Source: Peribolospora baueri (taxonomy: Eukaryota). Taken from it: DNA of 64,000 nt. Position numbers and translations under genes: made by a program. Every line of letters starts with the position of its first letter. Position 1 is the first letter of the stretch. Of this stretch, positions 17,201 to 27,829 are shown in pieces. Under the pieces are notes generated by a model that had not been told where the DNA came from, searched no databases, and saw only the letters and a program-made list of their open reading frames with translations. The stretch covers positions 62,001 through 126,000 of the forward strand of contig JAMDHS010000006.1 in assembly GCA_029717555.1 (NCBI GenBank), read 5' to 3'.

Positions 17201-17695
17201 CCGGAAGGACGACAAACATTGTTTTAGGTGCCGAAAAGGGGAGAGAGACACACGGCATTAGCCCGACAAGGAAGGGGTCACGCTTCCAGGCACGGGGGTA
17301 AAGGCTCGTAAACTCACCACATCGCCTTCCCTCTTCTTGAGAGCCTTGAGCGCTGCCTCGATCCCCCACTTGTGCGGATCCTCGTACACGTTCGCCGAGC
17401 CGTCGTCAAAGGAGAACAAGCCGTCCATCTCTGGTCCACCCTCCTCCCCATCTCCACCAGCTTTGGCTTTTCCCTTGGCCTTTCCGTTCGGAGCGGAGAC
17501 GGATTCGACGATGCGAACCTTCTCGATCTTCTTCGACTTCTTCTTCGCCTTCTTATCGCCCTTCTCCCCCCCGTCGCTCGACCCCGCGTCATCCTCTCGA
17601 GCACCGTTTGCTCGATTCAGCTCCACAGGCGCCTCCTCCACGGCCGGGGGACCTTCGTCGTCCGAGTCGATCGTCATCACAAAGTCGGTCGCCAT
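14218..17695 (-). CDS. DRS1: Nucleolar DEAD-box RNA helicase Drs1/DDX27
   Basis: [12 protein letters not shown] start, Q motif [64 protein letters not shown] and a Lys-rich tail. Confidence 0.95.
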
Positions 17696-18398
17696 CCTGT
17701 TTTTGCCAATTTGGGTTGCCGACGGACGGACGAAGAACAAAGTGGATATGGAGCGAAAGTGGAAAAATCTGGACAATTGCGAAAAGGTTATGTGTGAAAC
17801 GCGTGGTGGTCTCTTTCGAAGAAAACGCTGCGGCCGGCGCTGGGAGCTGCTGACTAAGCGTTTCCCGCAAGCATCGCCACCCTCTTCAGTAAAGCTACTG
17901 TCCCCTGTCCTCCGCTCCTACAATACAAGCTATTTCTTCCTAAAGAGGGAACGTCGACGCGGATCGAGGAAAGGAAATGGATTTTTGGAGGTCCTCAGTA
18001 CATAGTACATTGCGGGATGGTAAGGCGTAGGCCAGAAAGTGAAGGATCTCGTCATCGCGCCAGAGCAGAAGAGAGTTGGGAAAGACTGAACGGGGGTTGG
18101 GTGCAAACCCTGCGAAGACGTGGTAAGTAGGAAAATGGGGGGAGGAGGAGAATGCCGGCACATGGAGACGTGAATCGTAGTGGGACTCGGATGAAGAGAA
18201 GTGAAAGGGGTTGACCAATACCGAGGAAAGGCAAGGAAGCGTCCCATGCGGTGCGGGACGAGTCGAAGACAATCTCGTTAATGGCGGCTCTGCAGAGAGA
18301 GAGAAAGTGTGCCTATGTGCTTGTGCGTATACTATGCATTTGTGTAACATTTTTTCGGCTTGTTGCCGTCGGCTCGACCGAGCACCTCGCACCCAGTT

Positions 18399-19578
18399 TC
18401 ATGCGGCATACTGAAGACGAAGACGCGAATGAAGGTCGTTGAGCGCCCCAGAAATGGGAGATGTTCGGAAGGGGACTCGGAAGGCTCACCTTCCTGGTGT
18501 ACTCCTTCGCCGTCTTCTCAAACTTGGGCCGGTCAGTGTTGTATATCTCGGCTAAAGGTGTCGGAAGCGCAAGCGCGGCGTACGGGTTAGATGGAGGTGA
18601 AAAAAATCAATGGCAGGCTAAGCTTACGGAAATACCCTTAATTTACGCACCTATGGACGAAACGAGAGCATCGTCTGGGTTAGGTTCCTCGAGGAGGTTG
18701 AGGATGGAGAGAAGAACTGGAGGCAGGCAATGTGGTAGTAGAACGAATACCGCAGGGTAAATTAACGAGCCGGAAAGAGGAAACAAGGGCAATTATGACG
18801 TCGGTCTTCGTTGGCACACGATCCAAGTCACCACCGTCTCGCCTCTTCTCCTTCCGCTCACCCGTTTGAACCTTTGTACTAGGCTTCCAAGCCTCCGTCT
18901 TTAACAGCCCCATACAAATGTTGCCCTCATCGTCGATGTTGGGATGGTAGACTCGTGTGGCGAACTTGAACTTCGGAGGCTTGAAAGGGTATTCTACAGG
19001 GAATTCCACGTCCAGGTTGAACGTGCCGCCGGCGTACGGGGTCGATTTCTGGACGCGACGGCAATCCGCCGAGCGAGCGAATGTGGGTGCGAACGAAATC
19101 GCGAGCATTGGTGGTGCAAGAATCAAAGGGATGATCAGACCTCAACCCATGCAGAGAAAAGAAGAAGCGCAGGTCCACGCCGAGTCCAGGACGGCGATCG
19201 AAGATGGACACAGGTCCGACATGAGACGGGCAACCGCTTTCTGATCGACTCACCGGTCCGTGTAGCTTGGCGGTCCACTTGAAAATGTTGTCTTCCTTAG
19301 CATCTACGGAGAAGCCCGGTTGCGGATCGTTGTACAGGTCCGCGAGTTCCTAGATCGGGGATGGGCGAGAGACGGGGCAACCCGAGCCAGAGGCACGGGC
19401 GGCGCGGGGAGGGCCAACAAACAGGACAGAAAGTGTGAGACGTCTGGACGACGGTCCTAGTGGCGGACGCCTGACAGCCTCGCGACGCCACCGATGGCGT
19501 TTCCTCCTGCCGTCTAGTCTAGCCCGTTCGCCGCACCGCGGGGATGCTTACCTTCTGGATTCGACGCTGGGCGGCCAT
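18399..19578 (-). CDS. Ubiquitin-conjugating enzyme E2 (Ubc4/UBE2L3-like), multi-exon
   Basis: [14 protein letters not shown]...PYAGGTF...EYPFKPPK...[26 protein letters not shown]...EPNPDDAL...AKEYTRK-YAA*. HPN motif and catalytic Cys present. Confidence 0.93.
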
Positions 19579-19829
19579 GGCGGCGCGGGTGCGGGGATGT
19601 GAGCGAGGGCGACGGGGCGAACCGAGCGTGGGACGGATATGCAGGCGGCGCAGAGACGGCAAGGATGGGCGGGTGAGAGATTAGGGTGGGAGGAAGGAAC
19701 GCAAGCGAGCTGGCGATGTGGGCTGAGCTGAGCTGATTTGATCTGTGCTGATGATCGTCGTCGTCCGTCTCGACGCTCGCTCGACTCGACTCGACTCGGC
19801 CGTCCGTCCGTTCCGTCCATCGGGCTGAT

Positions 19830-19857
19830 AAGCATGCGCATGCGCATGCGCATGCTT
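19830..19857. repeat. Perfect 28-bp palindrome / (GCATGC)4 alternating purine-pyrimidine tract
   Basis: AAGCATGCGCATGCGCATGCGCATGCTT equals its own reverse complement. Confidence 0.9.
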
Positions 19858-20673
19858 GCCCTTTTAAAACAGCTTGTATTGCCCATTTCGATCATTTCCA
19901 CCATTTCGGCCGCCCGTCGCGATCGCCAACTCGACTGCGGCAACGGGCACGGCCAAGGCCAAGCAAGGCCACTCGTCCCTCCACAGCCGCACATTCATTC
20001 GCCCGGCGGCGTCCGGATATCTAACTGATAGCTGGTGCGCCGTGGCCGAGCCATGCGTGAACGGACGGAGAGCGACGGAGGTAGGTGCCTAGCCAGGTCC
20101 CTAGCCAGGCACCTGCCAGGCACTGTGATCTGCGTGTGGAAAATGCTGCGTACCCGCGATAGCAACGCCGCGACGCCGTGTCACGTCGGAAGAGAGAGAG
20201 GGAGCTCAGCTCGCGCACAGACGGAGGGGCTCAGCTCGTCTGTGCGCGGCGCCGTCCTTGGCCGTGATGACGACGCCTCCGTCCCTTCGACCGCAGGCAG
20301 CAAGTACTTAACGAACAATGGCTCAGTGCGGGGCACCCCCGCCCGTCAACGTCGACAACACCTCTTCCCCGCTGATCTCTCTTCCGCCCACGAACCGAAA
20401 ACCACTGGCAACTAATCATCGAACAAGCTCGACCGCCGACCCGCCGTCCGCCCGTCTCATCGCCTTCGTATCTCCATTTACAGGCCGTATATCCGCTATT
20501 CTGTCTGTTCATTCTCCTCAACATATTTCCATCGCCCCGACCCCACATCTCCCGGCCCGCATCACTCCGGACGCCCTCACCGACTCGTCACTCACGCCCC
20601 CGAATCTCCTCCTTTACTTAATTAGCTACGTACGTACGCCTAGGCCGCTGTAAGCAACCCCACCCCCGCAACG

Positions 20674-22521
20674 ATGTCTGCCTGGCTCCGCGTCCCCGAG
20701 ACGCCCAACTCGGCCATCTCCTTCTCCTCAACGGAGAATCATGTCGATAGCGCCGATGACGCCCCCGTCGTCTTTGGCAACGTATATCCCACCAAGTGAG
20801 TTTCCTTCTCCTGCTTCCTACCCTTCCCCGTCGCCGTGTACGTCTGCGCGTGGGGTGGTCGGAGAACGGTGTCGAAGTGGACCGCTTTCTGATGGACCGT
20901 TTGAGCACTCTCCTCCATCATGCTTCGGTCCGTCCACCTCCCCCTCAGCGTGAGTGGGATTCACCAGGATCGATGTCCACCTGGAAGCGATCACCATCAA
21001 GTGCCTACCCTTCCCGCCAACGCTCACTGTTCTCTTTTTCTCCTTCTCTCGCTCGCAGTACTGGCTCTTCTCCCCCAGCACGCAAACGTATGATCTCACA
21101 CGCGGCTCCTCCACAGACCCCTCTGCTTCCGTAGCAGGCGGCGCCGGCGAACCAGGCCGACACCTACAACTGGAGACGACGACGAAGCGGGTGATCATCG
21201 ACTCGGCCAGGACGGCGCTCGTCGTCGTCGACATGCAGAACTTTTTCTTGCACCCTGCCGCCAGGCACCATCCTGCGGGTTTGAAGGCATACGACAACTT
21301 GGTCAAAAAGGTCATTCCTGCTTGTAGGAAGGGAGGTTAGTTTGTCCTCTCTTTCTCGGTGACGATGCGGCAGGTTGGAAACGCGATCTAGGACGCCTCC
21401 TCACCGTTCTCTTCGTCCTCCCTCTGCCCACCCCAGGGATCGACATCATCTTTCTCAACTGGGGCTTGACGGCGCACGATCTCGCCCACATGCCCCCTTC
21501 GCTCAAAAAAGTATTCTCTCGGAACGTCGCCTGGCCTCCCACGGAGGCCAAGACGCCAACCTCCGTCTCCCCTGTCGACCACCGCTCTCGCTCCGGCTCG
21601 ACCACCTCCACAGGCGCCCTTTCTCACGCACTCGGCGGCGTCGCGCCTTCTATTTCCGTGGCCGTCTCTGCCCTCGCCTCGTCCGCCTCTGGCATTAGTG
21701 CCTCGACGACGGGCATGGCAGCAGCGGAAGAGAGCACGGGAAGGAGCAAGAACGCGGAGACGCTCTCCGTGGGCTTGGGGGAGGATATGGGGACCGTCGA
21801 GTGGCAAGGTGAGGCGATCAGCTTGGGGGGGATGTTGTGTAGAGACTCTTGGAATGCTGCGCTGTATGGCGAGTTGGACGAGGTGTGGAGGCAGGGTAAG
21901 GATCAGGGAAAGACGTTCTTGGCGCACAAGGTGAGCTTAACTAACTGCGGTTTGGCAAAGGCTTTGCACGCCTGCATGGAGCGAGGCAGAGCGAGAGAGA
22001 TGAACGAGCGGATCCGGATTTTCTCTTCGCCCCTTTCGCAGAACCGCTTGTCGGGCCTGTGGGGCCAGACAACGCCGCTGGAGCAGCTCCTCCAGGAGCG
22101 CGGCATCACCACCCTTCTCTGGTCCGGCGTAAACACGGTGAGCGAGCCATCTTCTTGACCCACAATTTGGGCCCGGATGTCTGCGTCCCGATGGGCGCAC
22201 CCACTGACCTGGTCTATACGTGCCCCTTCGATCTCGCACGCTGTAGGACCGATGTGTATTGGCCTCCTTGACAGACGGTGAGAAGGCCGCGCCGCGCCGC
22301 GTCGGCCCAAGTCTTGCGTCAACTGACCCGCCCCCCTTCCCTTCGTCCCTTCAGCCTTTCACAAAGGCTTCGACTGCATTCTCCTTCCAGACTGCTGTGG
22401 GACGGCCTCCCCGGAGTACGCCACCCTCTCCGTCGTGTACAACTGCGAAAAGGCGCTCGGCTTCGTCTCCGACGGCGAGCGGCTTGAGATGGCCGTCGTC
22501 GCCGGCCATGCTCCCCTCTGA
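20674..22521 (+). CDS. Isochorismatase-like cysteine hydrolase
   Basis: TALVVVDMQNFFLHP, FLNWGL, HK-NRLSGLWG, GITTLLWSGVNT-DRCV and GFDCILLPDCCGT. The Asp/Lys/Cys catalytic triad is present. Confidence 0.9.
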
Positions 22522-23272
22522 GGTTTGGGAGGCAGACGGAGGCTTCGTTTGCGCTTTGGCCCTGCTCCTGTTTTCCCTTTCGTTTCTGTATGAGCGTGAT
22601 TTGGATTGCGCTTGCGAGGGAAATTGATCGCGGGCGCCCTCGTCGAGGGCAAGTCGAAACGTTTTCTAAGCAAACATCCGGCGGCAGTTGAGCGGGTGCG
22701 AGCAGGTGTGCCCTACGAATTGCGACGGCGACCGGCGTCGGAGACGCAAGGACCAAGAATCGCATGTCCTTGAAGGGGGCCACGCGCATCTTGAGATTGG
22801 CTTAAATATGTAAACCGGTTCGAGTTGGTGATAGGATTTCTTCAGCACTTGGGCGCCGCCGCTCTCTTTCGATTCGCGCTCCGATCGTCCCCCTACTCCC
22901 ACAATGGAGCGCAATCGCCCGGCGCACGCTCCACCTTGGCGATCTCCCAGAAGGCAGGAATATTCATCCAGTGAGCCGCTCGTTGACGGCTAAGAGCGAA
23001 CCGTCGGGCGTCAAAGAGAAGAGAGGAGACGCGGAGTGGCCGCAGCTTGCTTATGTAACGTATGCGTCCCCGCGTCCGGCAAGCGATGGGAAACGGACCG
23101 AGTTCGTCGTCATGTTCGACTCCCTCCGACGGGGCTCTCCGACGGCCGTCTCTTGCCTCCCTCGCACCACTTGACGTCCACGCACGGCGGCGGACGGATT
23201 GCGCCTACCTCACACAGTCCACCTGCTTCCCAGACCCCCTCTTCAAGCGTGCCCCCAGGGGACCCTCTGACC

Positions 23273-24645
23273 ATGCCTGTCTCCAAACCCGTCAAAGCCC
23301 GAGCGCCGGGCAAGGCGGACACGGCGGCGGACGTCGTGCTGGGCGTCTTCAAGCATGTCCCGCCTTCGTCGACGTTGGATCATCTCGTTCGATACCTCGG
23401 CACTTGGTCTGGGACGGACAAGGTGAGCCATAGGAGTCTCATTCAGCTGCTGGCTCATGGATCTCTGACCATCGCACGCCCCTCCCATCTGTCCGCCGCA
23501 CCAACAGGCGCTCATGATCACGCAGTATTCCTCCAAACTCGTCATCTATCTCCTTACCCTTTCGCTCTCCCGTCGCTTTTTCCCATCAGCCAAGGCTTCT
23601 GCCACCTCCCGACGAGCATCCCTGGTGGGCCGTCTAGGCGCACTGTCCTCGCTGGTGGGCGACGCTCGCGTCCTGTTCCGCATCCACGGCGTGCTCGCCA
23701 TATGGCAGTGGATGGTGGCCATCGAGCGCTCCCCTCCGCCAACGGAACTTTTGCTCAACGTCGAGCGCATTCAAGGATGGAGCATGCTCATATACTACCC
23801 TCTCGAGGCCCTTTGTGAGTCCGTCTGGCCTGTCTTCTCTGCCTTGCTGCCGGCCGGAGTTGACGTTGCCGCTCCGCTTTCACCTCTGCGCAGACTACCT
23901 CGCGTCCCACTCCGTCCTGCCCATCTCCGCGGCCACGTGCGGCAGGCTGGCTCTCGTCTCGTGCCGCTTCTGGGCCCTCTACGTCGTCCTCCAGCTCGTC
24001 CACGTTGTGGAGGACAACCGGCTGATCCGTCTCCGCTCTCGCGCTCTCGACCGCATCCGCGCGCAGATCAGGCGGAGCATCGTGGAGGAGGGCGTGTCGC
24101 GTTCGGAAGAGAAAGGCGTTGTCGGAGGCGGCGGGAGCACACTGACCGACAGTCCCGTCTTGGTCGGTGCGAGCGCGTCATCGGGCTCGGGGACAGTGGC
24201 AGAGAAGAGGAGGATGGAAAAGGCGGAGCTGGCGAGGTTGGACGAGGAAGAGGAGGAGGAGAGGAAGGCGCTGGTGAGGAGGAAGGATGCGGTGCTGAAC
24301 GAGCTGGTGGTCAACCTGGGTTATGCGCCTCTGACTTTGCATTGTGAGCATCCGTTTTTTTTTCCTTCTCTCCTCCATCTTGGAGACTTGGTCATCGAGC
24401 TCGACGTTTGTGTCGCGCATGTGCCGCTTTCAACAGGGTCTCTCCCGCAAGGCCTCTACTCCAACGACACGCTGTGGACAGGCCTCTTCGGTACGATCGC
24501 CGCGGCGGCAAGTCTTCGCGCTGGCTGGCGCTCCACGGCCATCCTACCCGCGTCGTCTTCTCCCACCGGGTCGGCCGAGTCTTCGTCGTCCGCGTCGGCG
24601 TCCGCGTCGTCGACCGCCGTCGAGCCAGCTGTCATGGGCCAGTGA
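23273..24645 (+). CDS. Peroxisomal membrane protein PEX11 family (PEX11C-like)
   Basis: LDHLVRYLGTWSGTDK-ALMITQYS, DARVLFRIHG, QGWSMLIYYPLE, SCRFWALYVVLQL and NLGYAPLTLHWS. Confidence 0.85.
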
Positions 24646-24874
24646 AACACGAGCGAACGGGGGTGCGGTATGCGCACGTGGAGGGGGGAACGTCGACGTC
24701 GCCGCCGTCGTCGTCGTCGCAGCCAGCCGCCCCCCCCCCCCCCCCAAGCAAACAAATCGACCGTTTCGTCGTCGATATGTGTTCCCTGCGCAAGCCTGAA
24801 TCGCCGACGGTGCGGGGCGGGGCAGGGGCGCCTCTCTCTTCTTTCTTTCTTTCTTTCTTTCTTTCTTACTTCCA

Positions 24875-25229
24875 TTCCTCTCGCATTCCCGTCGCTTCCC
24901 CAAGCCGAGCCTGCGGAGAGAAGGACGGGCGGGTAAGAGTGGATGGATACGGGCGCCCGTCTCCCATTCAAGTTTGGTCGTCGTCCGCACTGACGGCGTC
25001 GTCCTCGCCTCGCGTGCCGTAATGATGATAATACCTCCCCACTCACTCACTCAGTCGCCCCCATCAGTCCCACGTACGTGTCCATCCATCCATCCATCTC
25101 TTTCTTCCTTTCTTCTTTCTTCCTCTCGCATTCCCTTCCGCTTCCCCAAGCTAGGCCAGCCGAGCGAACGACAGGCGGGTGAGCGTGGATGGATACGCGC
25201 GCCCATTGGCATTTCCATTCAAGTTTGGT
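24875..25229. repeat. Diverged ~105-110 bp direct duplication
   Basis: Copies 24875-24978 and 25120-25229 share TTCCTCTCGCATTCCC, CGCTTCCCCAAG, GGCGGGT(A/G)AG, GTGGATGGATAC and CCATTCAAGTTTGGT. Each copy is preceded by a CT microsatellite. Confidence 0.85.
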
Positions 25230-25758
25230 TTGGTGTGTTCGCCCCGACTGCGTCGCCGTACCCCCTGAGGCCATGGCGCGCAGCACCGCACAAGAGAGGG
25301 TTAGCACGCGTCGGGAACTGCGGGTGGTCACGTGATGGAATACTGGTATCGGAGATAGGCGGGGTAAGCAGCGCAAGCAGATCTGGGAGAAGTCGATCAC
25401 TTGAATTCCTCAATGAGCGAAAAGAGATGGACCTTGTCCTTTATATACATGCGCATCTGGCCATCGCATCCTTTCTCTTTTCTTTTGTCTCCCGTTGTTG
25501 TACGTTCTCCGCTCATGCATCATGTTTACTTTCTCGTATACGGATGGTGTCAGTACTCCGTATGAGCGGCGTCACCTGCTGCGGTAAGATTGCACGTGGC
25601 TCAACGGTCTCCTTATTCTGACAACTGGAGGTGCTTGGGTCAGGTTCATGACACCCTAGCTCCGTTTCTGACACGTCATGTAGGATTCCTGTTGTTGGCA
25701 TCAGCTATTAATACTGAAGTACATGCCGACTGTCTCGACCCTAAGACGGAAGGACGGA

Positions 25759-26666
25759 TCAGAGGACGAAATTAGACTCTATGAACTCGGACAAATGTCC
25801 CTTTCCCTTCCTATTGTCTGACATCGCGATGCATTTTTCAATCTTGGCTATGGTCGGAAACTTGCCCATCCAAGCGTCGCTATAAACCAAGTAATGCAGA
25901 GGCTCGTTCTTGCCGTCGTAATAGTCTTCGTGATACTCTGGGTAGAAGCCAGCGTATTCCCAGTCTAGCAACGCGGTCACTTTGCCGTCCTTGGCGAGAA
26001 TGTTGGACGCCGAAAAGTCGCCGTGACAGAGAACGATGTCGCACGGCTCGATCTGAATGGCGCCCGATTCCAAGTGGCAAATCAGGCGATCCAGCGGTTC
26101 GATGTGCGGTCTTTCAATGGCGCGAAGACGGCGAATGAGGTACTCGAGAACTGATCCACACGGTTCCAGTGACGGAGGAATGTCCATCCTGGTGAGCCGC
26201 GGGTCCGTAAGCTTCTGGTCCGGTCCAAAGCCTCGGATCCCGTCGCTCTTGATTGACCGTAGCTGCTCCCGAAAAGCAAGTATTTGGGCCACCAGGTTGT
26301 CGTCGATAACTGCGTCGTCGTCATCCGGCAGAGGAGTTCCTTCCATCTTCTCCATGTACATGAATTCGTAGGGACCGACTGTTCCAAGGCGGTATACTTC
26401 GGGTACTGGAATGGTCGTATTCGCTTTGACGAATCGTACGGCTCCGGCATAGTTTTCGTGAGTCTGTAAGTGAAGGTCTGCGGTTTCGCTGCGGACTACA
26501 TCCTGCACTCGTAAAACCTGACCGTCGATAAGGGAAACGCTCCTTGTGTGAAGTTTATGTAAACCTCCTCGCCGGGGCTCAGTTCGGGTGGCCAGGTGCC
26601 ACTAGACTCGGGTGTTGGGGTCCGACTTGGAAGTACTCGCGGCAGTGATTCCGGAGAGGAAGGCAT
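25759..26666 (-). CDS. Aminoglycoside phosphotransferase/choline kinase-like (APH) family protein
   Basis: AVRFVKANTTIPVPEV, MYMEKMEG, Brenner motif CHGDFSASNIL and LLDWEYAGFYP. One probable ~59-nt intron (GTCAGG...TTACAG) near 26464-26522. Confidence 0.85.
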
Positions 26667-27241
26667 GCTGAACAAGTCTATATGTGGAACGGAGACCAAA
26701 AAGAGGAAGGAGGCGGCGAGATAGTACGAGGAGGATGTATTGAGCGATGTGATGGTGCTGGTTGTAGGGGTGGAGAAGAGAAAGGATGATGGTCGTATGG
26801 AGTCACGCCCCCCACAAGGACAAAGAGAGGAGCAAGGCCACACTCGGCAGGAAGCCGAACCAACTCAATCTGAACGGCGCTTAGTGCATGTGATAATGAT
26901 AATACCTACCCCCACTCACTCACTCGCCGTCGGTCCTGTACGTATCCATCCGTTCATCCACTCCAAAGAGGAGAGCGAGGGTAAGGAGGGCGGAAGAAGA
27001 CTAAACTGCCATTCCAGCGACAGCGACAGCGACAAGGGGGATCAATCAATCAATCACATCGTCCGAGACGAGACGAGACGGATGGAAGGGGAAGGAGCAA
27101 AGGAAGCCAAGCAAGCCAATAGGGAGGAGACAGAAAAAAAAAGGGAAGCCCTGGGCCCTCGGGGGTTTAGGAGGTAGAAGAAGGGTTGGGTATAGGCGCC
27201 GCGCGTACGGCGGGGTGGTGGATCGAAATCGAGGTGGCGAT

Positions 27242-27829
27242 CTATTCCTCGCAGTCGTCCTCGGCGGCGGCGGAGGTGGAACCGGAGCCGGTGTTCTTGG
27301 CGGCCTGGGAGACGGCGGGGGCCTGGACGAAGGAGGAGGGCGAGGCGCTGGTGACGTTGAGCCACTGCTGGGCGGCGCAGAGGGTGAGGCCGGAATAGAT
27401 GTTGCTGCAGTCGGCGTTGATCTGTAGAAGAGTAGAGGGGGATGGTCAGCGTCGGTCGAAGGACGGTGACAATGGCAGAGAGGGGGGACTGACGACGGGG
27501 TTGTTGTGCATAAAGACGTTGGAGGCGATGGCAAACTTGGAGGTGATGGAATCGCAGACGTCGCTGCCCTGTACGGTGTACGTCTTCTGGCAGTCCTGGC
27601 CCCACTGGCCGAGGCAGAGGGTGTCGCCGACCTCGAGGTTGGTGCAGGCGTTGTTGATAATGTCCGAGTTGACGGACATGAGCTGCCAGGTGGGGACCTT
27701 TTGGGCAGCGGCGATCGAGTCGCAGGTGTCGTTCTCGACGACCTTGTAGGTGCGGGTGCAGCTCGAACCGGCGAGGGCCGCGGAGGCGGAGAGGGCGAGG
27801 GCGAGGACGGCGAAGGTGAGGCGGGCCAT
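27242..27829 (-). CDS. Secreted protein with two fungal Cys-type LysM domains (CBM50)
   Basis: Signal peptide MARLTFAVLALALSASAALA. Domains CTRTYKVVENDTCDSIA...NACTNLEVGDTLCL and CQKTYTVQGSDVCDSI...NNPVINADCSNIYSGLTLC. One intron; ends EDDCEE*. Confidence 0.93.
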
